Shown in pieces: positions 51,401-64,000 of a stretch of 64,000 nucleotides of DNA. The notes beneath the pieces are model-generated. The model made no database searches, had not been told where the DNA came from, and saw only the letters and a program-made list of their open reading frames with translations. Position 1 is the first letter of the stretch, and every line of letters starts with the position of its first letter. The DNA comes from Eledone cirrhosa (Eukaryota). A program made the translations under genes and the position numbers. The stretch covers positions 98,766,001 through 98,830,000 of the forward strand of contig OZ024743.1 in assembly GCA_964016885.1 (NCBI GenBank), read 5' to 3'.

Positions 51401-54400
51401 TTACAGCATACATCAACTACCTACTGCTCTACAATCTCCCCTCTTTACAGCATACATCAACTACCTACTGCTCTACAATCTCTCCTCTTTACAGCATACA
51501 TCAACTACCTTCTGCTCTACAATCTCTCCTGTTTACAGCATACATCAACTACCTTCTGCTCTACAATCTCTCCTCTTTACAGCATACATCAACTACCTAC
51601 TGGTCTAAAATCTCTCCTGTTTACAGCTTACATCAACTACCTTCTGCTCTACAATCTCTCCTCTTTACAGCATACATCAACTACCTACTGCTCTACAATC
51701 TCTCCTGTTTACAGCATACATCAACTACCTGCTTCTCTACAATCTCTCCTGTTTACAGCATACATCAACTACCTGCTGCTCTACAATCTCTTCTGTTTAC
51801 AGCATACATCAACTACCTTCTGCTCTACAATCTCTCCTGTTTACAGCATACATCAACTATCTTCTGCTCTGCAATCTCTCCTGTTTACAGCATACATCAA
51901 CTACCTGCTGCTCTACAATCTCTCCTGTTTACAGCATACATCAACTATCTTCTGCTCTACAATCTCCCCTCTTTACAGCATACATCAACTACCTACTGCT
52001 CTACAATCTCTCCTCTTTACAGCATACATCAACTACCTTCTGCTCTACAATCTCTCCTGTTTACAGCATACATCAACTACCTTCTGCTCTACAATCTCTC
52101 CTCTTTACAGCATACATCAACTACCTACTGGTCTACAATCTCTCCTGTTTACAGCTTACATCAACTATCTTCTGCTCTACAATCTCTCCTCTTTACAGCA
52201 TACATCAACTACCTACTGCTCTACAATCTCTCCTGTTTACAGCATACATCAACTACCTGCTTCTCTACAATCTCTCCTGTTTACAGCATACATCAACTAC
52301 CTTCTGTTCTACAATCTCTCCTGTTTACAGCATACATCAACTACCTTCTGTTCTACAATCTCTTCTGTTTACAGCATACATCAACTACCTTCTGCTCTAC
52401 AATCTCTCCTGTTTACAGCATACATCAACTATCTTCTGCTCTGCAATCTCTCCTGTTTACAGCATACATCAACTACCTGCTGCTCTACAATCTCTCCTGT
52501 TTACAGCATACATCAACTACCTTCTGCTCTACAATCCCCCCTCTTTACAGCATACATCAAATACCTTCTGCTCTACAATCTCTCCTCTTTACAGCATACA
52601 TCAACTACCTTCTGCTCTACAATCTCTCCTCTTTACAGCATACATCAACTATCTTCTGCTCTACAATCTCCTCTGTTTACAGCATACATCAACTACCTTC
52701 TGCTCTACAATCTCTCCTGTTTACAACATACATCAGCTACCTTCTGCTCTACAACCTCTCCTGTTTACAGCATAGATCAACTACCTTCTGTTCTACAATC
52801 TCTCCTCTTTACAGCATACATCAACTACCTGCTGCTCTACAATCCCCCCTCTTTACAGCATACATTAACTACCTTCTGCTCTACAATCTCTCCTGTTTAC
52901 AGCATACATCAACTAACTTCTGCTCTACAATCTCTCCTGTTTACAGCATACATCAACTACCTTCTGCTCTACGATCTCTCCTCTTTACAGCATACATCAA
53001 CTACCTTCTGCTTTACAACCTCTCCTCTTTACAGCATACATCAACTAACTTCTGCTCTACAATCTCTCCTCTTTACAGAATACATCAACTACCTACTGCT
53101 CTACAATCTCTCCTGTTTACAGCATACATCAACTATCTTCTGCTCTACAATCTCTCCTCTTTACAGCATACATCAACTACCTACTGCTCTACAATCTCTC
53201 CTCTTTACAGCATACATCAACTACCTTCTGCTCTACAATCTCTCCTCTTTACAGCATACATCAACTACCTTCTGCTCTACAATCTCTCCTCTTTACAGCA
53301 TACATCAACTACCTCCTGCTCTACAATCTCTCCTCTTTACAGCATACATCAACTACCTCCTGCTCTACAATCTCTCCTCTTTACAGCATACATCAACTAC
53401 CTACTGCTCTACAATCTCTCCTCTTTACAGCATACATCAACTACCTCCTGCTCTACAATCTCTCCTCTTTACAGCATACATCAACTACCTTCTGCTCTAC
53501 AATCTCTCCTCTTTACAGCATACATCAACTACCTACTGCTCTACAATCTCTCCTCTTTACAGCATACATCAACTACCTCCTGCTCTACAATCTCTCCTCT
53601 TTACAGCATACATCAACTACCTACTGCTCTACAATCTCTCCTCTTTACAGCATACATCAACTACCTACTGCTCTACAATCTCTCCTCTTTACAGCATACA
53701 TCAACTACCTTCTGCTCTACAATCTCTCCTCTTTACAGCATACATCAACTACCTTCTGCTCTACAATCTCTCCTCTTTACAGCATACATCAACTACCTCC
53801 TGCTCTACAATCTCTCCTGTTTACAGCATACATCAACTACCTTCTGCTCTCCAATCTCTCCTCTTTACAGCATACATCAACTACCTACTGCTCTACAATC
53901 TCTCCTCTTTACAGCATACATCAACTACCTTCTGCTCTACAATCTCTCCTGTTTACAGCATACATCAACTACCTTCTGCTCTACAATCTCTCCTCTTTAC
54001 AGCATACATCAACTACCTACTGCTCTACAATATCTCCCCTTTACAGCATACATCAACTACCTTCTGCTCTACAATCTCTCCTCTTTACAGCATACATCAA
54101 CTACCTTCTGCTCTACAATCTCTCCTCTTTACAGCATACATCAACTACCTACTGCTCTACAATCTCTCCTCTTTACAGCATACATCAACTACCTTCTGCT
54201 CTACAATCTCTCCTGTTTACAGCATACATCAACTACCTTCTGCTCTACAATCTCTCCTGTTTACAGCATACATCAACTACCTACTGCTCTACAATCTCCC
54301 CTCTTTACAGCATACATCAACTACCTACTGCTCTACAATCTCTCCTCTTTACAGCATACATCAACTACCTTCTGCTCTACAATCTCTCCTGTTTACAGCA

Positions 54401-57400
54401 TACATAAACTACCTTCTGCTCTACAATCTCTCCTCTTTACAGCATACATCAACTACCTACAGGTCTACAATCTCTCCTGTTTACAGCTTACATCAACTAA
54501 CTTCTGCTCTACAATCTCTCCTCTTTACAGCATACATCAACTACCTACTGCTCTACAATCTCTCCTGTTTACAGCATACATCAACTACCTGCTTCTCTAC
54601 AATCTCTCCTGTTTACAGCATACATCAACTACCTGCTGCTCTACAATCTCTTCTGTTTACAGCATACATCAACTACCTTCTGCTCTACAATCTCTCCTGT
54701 TTACAGCATACATCAACTATCTTCTGCTCTGCAATCTCTCCTGTTTACAGCATACATCAACTACCTGCTGCTCTACAATCTCTCCTGTTTACAGCATACA
54801 TCAACTATCTTCTGCTCTACAATCTCCCCTCTTTACAGCATACATCAACTACCTACTGCTCTACAATCTCTCCTCTTTACAGCATACATCAACTACCTTC
54901 TGCTCTACAATCTCTCCTGTTTACAGCATACATCAACTACCTTCTGCTCTACAATCTCTCCTCTTTACAGCATACATCAACTACCTACTGGTCTACAATC
55001 TCTCCTGTTTACAGCTTACATCAACTATCTTCTGCTCTACAATCTCTCCTCTTTACAGCATACATCAACTACCTACTGCTCTACAATCTCTCCTGTTTAC
55101 AGCATACATCAACTACCTGCTTCTCTACAATCTCTCCTGTTTACAGCATACATCAACTACCTTCTGTTCTACAATCTCTCCTGTTTACAGCATACATCAA
55201 CTACCTTCTGTTCTACAATCTCTTCTGTTTACAGCATACATCAACTACCTTCTGCACTACAATCTCTCCTGTTTACAGCATACATCAACTATCTTCTGCT
55301 CTGCAATCTCTCCTGTTTACAGCATACATCAACTACCTGCTGCTCTACAATCTCTCCTGTTTACAGCATACATCAACTACCTTCTGCTCTACAATCCCCC
55401 CTCTTTACAGCATACATCAAATACCTTCTGCTCTACAATCTCTCCTCTTTACAGCATACATCAACTACCTTCTGCTCTACAATCTCTCCTCTTTACAGCA
55501 TACATCAACTATCTTCTGCTCTACAATCTCCTCTGTTTACAGCATACATCAACTACCTTCTGCTCTACAATCTCTCCTGTTCACAACATACATCAACTAC
55601 CTTCTGCTCTACAACCTCTCCTGTTTACAGCATACATCAACTACCTTCTGTTCTACAATCTCTCCTCTTTACAGCATACATCAACTACCTGCTGCTCTAC
55701 AATCCCCCCTCTTTACAGCATACATCAACTACCTTCTGCTCTACAATCTCTCCTGTTTACAGCATACATCAACTAACTTCTGCTCTACAATCTCTCCTGT
55801 TTACAGCATACATCAACTACCTTCTGCTCTACGATCTCTCCTCTTTACAGCATACATCAACTACCTTCTGCTTTACAACCTCTCCTCTTTACAGCATACA
55901 TCAACTAACTTCTGCTCTACAATCTCTCCTCTTTACAGAATACATCAACTACCTACTGCTCTACAATCTCTCCTGTTTACAGCATACATCAACTATCTTC
56001 TGCTCTACAATCTCTCCTCTTTACAGCATACATCAACTACCTACTGCTCTACAATCTCTCCTCTTTACAGCATACATCAACTACCTTCTGCTCTACAATC
56101 TCTCCTGTTTACAGCATACATCAACTACCTTCTGCTCTACAATCTCTCCTCTTTACAGCATACATCAACTACCTACTGCTCTACAATCTCTCCTCTTTAC
56201 AGCATACATCAACTACCTCCTGCTCTACAATCTCTCCTCTTTACAGCATACATCAACTACCTCCTGCTCTACAATCTCTCCTCTTTACAGCATACATCAA
56301 CTACCTTCTGCTCTACAATCTCTCCTCTTTACAGCATACATCAACTACCTTCTGCTCTACAATCTCTGCTCTTTACAGCATACATCAACTACCTTCTGCT
56401 CTACAATCTCTCCTCTTTACAGCATACATCAACTACCTCCTGCTCTACAATCTCTCCTGTTTACAGCATACATCAACTACCTTCTGCTCTACAATCTCTC
56501 CTCTTTACAGCATACATCAACTACCTACTGCTCTACAATCTCTCCTCTTTACAGCATACATCAACTACCTTCTGCTCTACAATCTCTCCTGTTTACAGCA
56601 TACATCAACTTCCTTCTGCTCTACAATCTCTCCTGTTTACAGCATACATCAACTACCTACTGCTCTACAATCTCTCCTGTTTACAGCATACATCAACTAT
56701 CTTCTGCTCTACAATCTCCCCTCTTTACAGCATACATCAACTACCTACTGCTCTACAATCTCTCCTCTTTACAGCATACATCAACTACCTTCTGCTCTAC
56801 AATCTCTCCTGTTTACAGCATACATCAACTACCTTCTGCTCTACAATCTCTCCTCTTTACACCATACATCAACTACCTACTGGTCTACAATCTCTCCTGT
56901 TTACAGCTTACATCAACTATCTTCTGCTCTACAATCTCTCCTCTTTACAGCATACATCAACTACCTACTGCTCTACAATCTCTCCTGTTTACAGCATACA
57001 TCAACTATCATCTGCTCTACAATCTCTCCTGTTTACAGCATACATCAACTACCTACTGCTCTACAATCTCTCCTGTTTACAGCATACATCAACTATCTTC
57101 TGCTCTACAATCTCGCCTGTTTACAGCATACATCAACTACCTTCTGCTCTACAATCTCTCCTCTTTACAGCATACATCAACTACCTTCTGCTCTACAATC
57201 TCTCCTGTTTACAGCTTACATCAACTACCTTCTGCTCTACAATCTCTCCTCTTTACAGCATACATCAACTACCTACTGCTCTACAATCTCTCCTGTTTAC
57301 AGCATACATCAACTATCTTCTGCTCTACAATCTCTCCTCTTTACAGCATACATCAACTACCTACTGCTCTACAATCTCTCCTGTTTACAGCATACATCAA

Positions 57401-60400
57401 CTATCTTCTGCTCTACAATCTCTCCTGTTTACAGCATACATCAACTACCTTCTGCTCTACAATCTCTCCTCTTTACAGCATACATCATCTACCTTCTGCT
57501 GTACAATCTCTCCTTTTTACAGCATACATCAACTACCTTCTGCTCTACAATCTCTCCTCTTTACAGCATACATCAACTACCTACTGCTCTACAATCTCTC
57601 CTGTTTACAGCATACATCAACAATCTTCTGCTCTACAATCTCTCCTGTTTACAGCATACATCAACTACCTACTGCTCTACAATCTCTCCTGTTTACAGCA
57701 TACATCAACTATCTTCTGCTCTACAATCTCTCCTGTTTACAGCATACATCAACTACCTTCTGCTCTACAATCTCTCCTCTTTACAGCATACATCAACTAC
57801 CTTCTGCTCTACAATCTCTCCTGTTTACAGCATACATCAACTACCTTCTGCTGTACAATCTCTCCTCTTTACAGCATACATCAACTACCTACTGCTCTAC
57901 AATCTCTCCTGTTTACAGCATACATCAACTATCTTCTGCTCTACAATCTCTCCTCTTTACAGCATACATCAACTATCTTCTGCTCTACAATCTCTCCTGT
58001 TTACAGCATACATCAACTACCTTCTGCTCTACAATCTCTCCTCTTTACAGCATACATCAACTACCTTCTGCTCTAAAATCTCTTCTGTTTACAGCATACA
58101 TCAACTACCTTCTGCTCTACAATCTCTCCTCTTTACAGCATACATCAACTATTTACTGCTCTACAATCTCTCCTCTTTACAGCATACATCAACTATCTTC
58201 TGCTCTACAATCTCTCCTCTTTACAACATACATCAACTACCTCCTGCTCTACAATCTCTCCTGTTTACAACATATATCAACTATCTTCTGCTCTACAATC
58301 GTTCCTGTTTACAGCATACATCAACTACCTTCGGCTCTACAATCTCTCCTGTTTACAGCATACATCAACTACCTTCTGCTCTACAATCTCTCCTCTTTAC
58401 AGCATACATCAACTACCTCCTGCTCTACAATCTCTCCTGTTTACAACATACATCAACTACCTTCTGCTCTACAATCTCTCCTGTTTACAGCATACATCAA
58501 CTACCTTCTGCTCTACAATCTCTCCTCTTTACAGCATACATCAACTACCTTCTGCTCTACAACCTCTCCTGTTTACAGCATACATCAACTACCTTCTGCT
58601 CTACAATCTCTCCTCTTTACAGCATACATCAACTACCTCCTGCTCTACAATCTCTCCTGTTTACAACATACATCAACTACCTTCTGCTCTACAATCTCTC
58701 CTGTTTACAGCATACATCAACTACCTTCTGCTCTACAATCTCTCCTCTTTACAGCATACATCAACTACCTACTGCTCTACAATATCTCCTCTTTACAGCA
58801 TACATCAACTACCTTCTGCTCTACAATCTCTCCTCTTTACAGCATACATCAACTACCTTCTGCTCTACAATCTCTCCTCTTTACAGCATACATCAACTAC
58901 CTACTGCTCTACAATCTCTCCTCTTTACAGCATACATCAACTACCTTCTGCTCTACAATCTCTCCTGTTTACAGCATACATCAACTACCTTCTGCTCTAC
59001 AATCTCTCCTGTTTACAGCATACATCAACTACCTACTGCTCTACAATCTCCCCTCTTTACAGCATACATCAACTACCTACTGCTCTACAATCTCTCCTCT
59101 TTACAGCATACATCAACTACCTTCTGCTCTACAATCTCTCCTGTTTACAGCATACATAAACTACCTTCTGCTCTACAATCTCTCCTCTTTACAGCATACA
59201 TCAACTACCTACAGGTCTACAATCTCTCCTGTTTACAGCTTACATCAACTATCTTCTGCTCTACAATCTCTCCTCTTTACAGCATACATCAACTACCTAC
59301 TGCTCTACAATCTCTCCTGTTTACAGCATACATCAACTACCTGCTTCTCTACAATCTCTCCTGTTTACAGCATACATCAACTACCTGCTGCTCTACAATC
59401 TCTTCTGTTTACAGCATACATCAACTACCTTCTGCTCTACAATCTCTCCTGTTTACAGCATACATCAACTATCTTCTGCTCTGCAATCTCTCCTGTTTAC
59501 AGCATACATCAACTACCTGCTGCTCTACAATCTCTCCTGTTTACAGCATACATCAACTATCTTCTGCTCTACAATCTCCCCTCTTTACAGCATACATCAA
59601 CTACCTACTGCTCTACAATCTCTCCTCTTTACAGCATACATCAACTACCTTCTGCTCTACAATCTCTCCTGTTTACAGCATACATCAACTACCTTCTGCT
59701 CTACAATCTCTCCTCTTTACAGCATACATCAACTACCTACTGGTCTACAATCTCTCCTGTTTACAGCTTACATCAACTATCTTCTGCTCTACAATCTCTC
59801 CTCTTTACAGCATACATCAACTACCTACTGCTCTACAATCTCTCCTGTTTACAGCATACATCAACTACCTGCTTCTCTACAATCTCTCCTGTTTACAGCA
59901 TACATCAACTACCTTCTGTTCTACAATCTCTCCTGTTTACAGCATACATCAACTACCTTCTGTTCTACAATCTCTTCTGTTTACAGCATACATCAACTAC
60001 CTTCTGCACTACAATCACTCCTGTTTACAGCATACATCAACTATCTTCTGCTCTGCAATCTCTCCTGTTTACAGCATACATCAACTACCTGCTGCTCTAC
60101 AATCTCTCCTGTTTACAGCATACATCAACTACCTTCTGCTCTACAATCCCCCCTCTTTACAGCATACATCAAATACCTTCTGCTCTACAATCTCTCCTCT
60201 TTACAGCATACATCAACTACCTTCTGCTCTACAATCTCTCCTCTTTACAGCATACATCAACTATCTTCTGCTCTACAATCTCCTCTGTTTACAGCATACA
60301 TCAACTACCTTCTGCTCTACAATCTCTCCTGTTCACAACATACATCAACTACCTTCTGCTCTACAACCTCTCCTGTTTACAGCATACATCAACTACCTTC

Positions 60401-63400
60401 TGTTCTACAATCTCTCCTCTTTACAGCATACATCAACTACCTGCTGCTCTACAATCCCCCCTCTTTACAGCATACATCAACTACCTTCTGCTCTACAATC
60501 TCTCCTGTTTACAGCATACATCAACTAACTTCTGCTCTACAATCTCTCCTGTTTACAGCATACATCAACTACCTTCTGCTCTACGATCTCTCCTCTTTAC
60601 AGCATACATCAACTACCTTCTGCTTTACAACCTCTCCTCTTTACAGCATACATCAACTAACTTCTGCTCTACAATCTCTCCTCTTTACAGAATACATCAA
60701 CTACCTACTGCTCTACAATCTCTCCTGTTTACAGCATACATCAACTATCTTCTGCTCTACAATCTCTCCTCTTTACAGCATACATCAACTACCTACTGCT
60801 CTACAATCTCTCCTGTTTACAGCATACATCAACTACCTTCTGCTCTACAATCTCTCCTCTTTACAGCATACATCAACTACCTCCTGCTCTACAATCTCTC
60901 CTCTTTACAGCATACATCAACTACCTCCTGCTCTACAATCTCTCCTCTTTACAGCATACATCAACTACCTTCTGCTCTACAATCTCTCCTCTTTACAGCA
61001 TACATCAACTACCTACTGCTCTACAATCTCTCCTCTTTACAGCATACATCAACTACCTTCTGCTCTACAATCTCTCCTCTTTACAGCATACATCAACTAC
61101 CTTCTGCTCTACAATCTCTCCTCTTTACAGCATACATCAACTACCTCCTGCTCTACAATCTCTCCTGTTTACAGCATACATCAACTACCTTCTGCTCTAC
61201 AATCTCTCCTCTTTACAGCATACATCAACTACCTACTGCTCTACAATCTCTCCTCTTTACAGCATACATCAACTACCTTCTGCTCTACAATCTCTCCTGT
61301 TTACAGCATACATCAACTTCCTTCTGCTCTACAATCTCTCCTGTTTACAGCATACATCAACTACCTACTGCTCTACAATCTCTCCTGTTTACAGCATACA
61401 TCAACTATCTTCTGCTCTACAATCTCCCCTCTTTACAGCATACATCAACTACCTACTGCTCTACAATCTCTCCTCTTTACAGCATACATCAACTACCTTC
61501 TGCTCTACAATCTCTCCTGTTTACAGCATACATCAACTACCTTCTGCTCTACAATCTCTCCTCTTTACACCATACATCAACTACCTACTGGTCTACAATC
61601 TCTCCTGTTTACAGCTTACATCAACTATCTTCTGCTCTACAATCTCTCCTCTTTACAGCATACATCAACTACCTACTGCTCTACAATCTCTTCTGTTTAC
61701 AGCATACATCAACTATCATCTGCTCTACAATCTCTCCTGTTTACAGCATACATCAACTACATACTGCTCTACAATCTCTCCTGTTTACAGCATACATCAA
61801 CTATCTTCTGCTCTACAATCTCTCCTGTTTACAGCATACATCAACTACCTTCTGCTCTACAATCTCTCCTCTTTACAGCATACATCAACTACCTTCTGCT
61901 CTACAATCTCTCCTGTTTACAGCTTACATCAACTACCTTCTGCTCTACAATCACTCCTCTTTACAGCATACATCAACTACCTACTGCTCTACAATCTCTC
62001 CTGTTTACAGCATACATCAACTATCTTCTGCTTTACAATCTCTCCTCTTTACAGCATACATCAACTACCTACTGCTCTACAATCTCTCCTGTTTACAGCA
62101 TACATCAACTATCTTCTGCTCTACAATCTCTCCTGTTTACAGCATACATCAACTACCTTCTGCTCTACAATCTCTCCTCTTTACAGCATACATCATCTAC
62201 CTTCTGCTCTACAATCTCTCCTTTTTACAGCATACATCAACTACCTTCTGCTCTACAATCTCTCCTCTTTACAGCATACATCAACTACCTACTGCTCTAC
62301 AATCTCTCCTGTTTACAGCATACATCAACAATCTTCTGCTCTACAATCTCTCCTGTTTACAGCATACATCAACTACCTACTGCTCTACAATCTCTCCTGT
62401 TTACAGCATACATCAACTATCTTCTGCTCTACAATCTCTCCTGTTTACAGCATACATCAACTACCTTCTGCTCTACAATCTCTCCTGTTTACAGCATACA
62501 TCAACTACCTTCTGCTCTACAATCTCTCCTCTTTACAGCATACATCAACTACCTTCTGCTCTACAATCTCTCCTGTTTACAGCATACATCAACTACCTTC
62601 TGTTCTACAATCTCTCCTGTTTACAGCATACATCAACTACCTTCTGCTCTACAATCTCTCCTCTTTACAGCATACATCAACTACCTTCTGCTCTACAATC
62701 TCTCCTGTTTACAGCATACATCAACTATCTTCTGCTCTACAATCTCTCCTGTTTACAGCATACATCAACTAACTTCTGCTCTACAATCTCTCCTGTTTAC
62801 AGCATACATCAACTACCTTCTGCTCTACAATCCCCCCTCTTTACAGCATACATCAACTACCTTCTGCTCTACAATCTCTCCTGTTTACAGCATACATCAA
62901 CTACCTTCTGCTCTACAATCTCTCCTCTTTACAGCATACATCAACTATCTTCTGCTCTACAATCTCCCCTGTTTACAGCATACATCAACTAGCTTCTGCT
63001 CTACAATCTCTCCTGTTTACAACATACATCAACTACCTTCTGCTCTACAACCTCTCCTGTTTACAGCATACATCAACTACCTTCTGTTCTACAATCTCTC
63101 CTCTTTACAGCATACATCAACTACCTGCTGCTCTACAATCCCCCCTCTTTACAGCATACATCAACTACCTTCTGCTCTACAATCTCTCCTGTTTACAGCA
63201 TACATCAACTACTTTCTGCTTTACAACCTCTCCTCTTTACAGCATACATCAACTAACTTCTGCTCTACAATCTCTCCTCTTTACAGAATACATCAACTAC
63301 CTACTGCTCTACAATATCTCCTGTTTACAGCATACATCAACTATCTTCTGCTCTCCAATCTCTCCTCTTTACAGCATACATCAACTACCTACTGCTCTAC

Positions 63401-64000
63401 AATCTCTCCTCTTTACAGCATACATCAACTACCTTCTGCTCTACAATCTCTCCTGTTTACAGCATACATCAACTACCTTCTGCTCTACAATCTCTCTTCT
63501 TTACAGCATACATCAACTACCTACTGCTCTACAATCTCTCCTCTTTACAGCATACATCAACTACCTTCTGCTCTACAATCTCTCCTGTTTACAGCATACA
63601 TCAACTACCTTCTGCTCTACAATCTCTCCTCTTTACAGCATACATCAACTACCTACTGCTCTACAATCTCTCCTCTTTACAGCATACATCAACTACCTTC
63701 TGCTCTACAATCTCTCCTCTTTACAGCATACATCAACTACCTTCTGCTCTACAATCTCTCCTCTTTACAGCATACATCAACTACCTTCTGCTCTACAATC
63801 TCTCCTCTTTACAGCATACATCAACTACCTACTGCTCTACAATCTCTCCTCTTTACAGCATACATCAACTACCTTCTGCTCTACAATCTCTCCTCTTTAC
63901 AGCATACATCAACTACCTACTGCTCTACAATCTCTCCTCTTTACAGCATACATCAACTACCTTCTGCTCTACAATCTCTCCTCTTTACAGCATACATCAA
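45419..64000. repeat. 44-bp satellite CAGCATACATCAACTACCTTCTGCTCTACAATCTCTCCTGTTTA, about 420 units; runs off the right edge
   Basis: Read directly. Very homogeneous, with a G-poor + strand and shared variant blocks at exact multiples of 44 bp. Confidence 0.98.

Overview
Eukaryotic, repeat-dominated, gene-poor DNA. The (TA)n/(GAT)n microsatellites, RTE-type LINEs and tRNA-derived SINEs look like an animal genome, most likely a cephalopod (octopus-like); that assignment is inference. About 70% of the window is four tandem arrays: a palindromic 34/31-bp satellite (1-22010), an 18-bp minisatellite (30820-34228), a 61-bp array of 28 copies (35669-37380) and a 44-bp satellite (45419-64000). Between them lie decayed mobile elements: RTE and CR1-like LINE fragments, a full-length defective DD37D (maT) Tc1/mariner transposon, a probable solo LTR, hAT-, piggyBac- and TcMar-like MITEs, SINEs, and Penelope-like inverted repeats with minimal hammerhead ribozyme motifs. 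No intact host gene is evident, and nearly all listed ORFs are by-products of the repeats. The main observation is that most tandem arrays are built from the sequence of the transposon they abut (LINE endonuclease, LINE C-terminus, hAT-like TIR, MITE end), giving a series of transposon-seeded satellites from 4 to several hundred copies.
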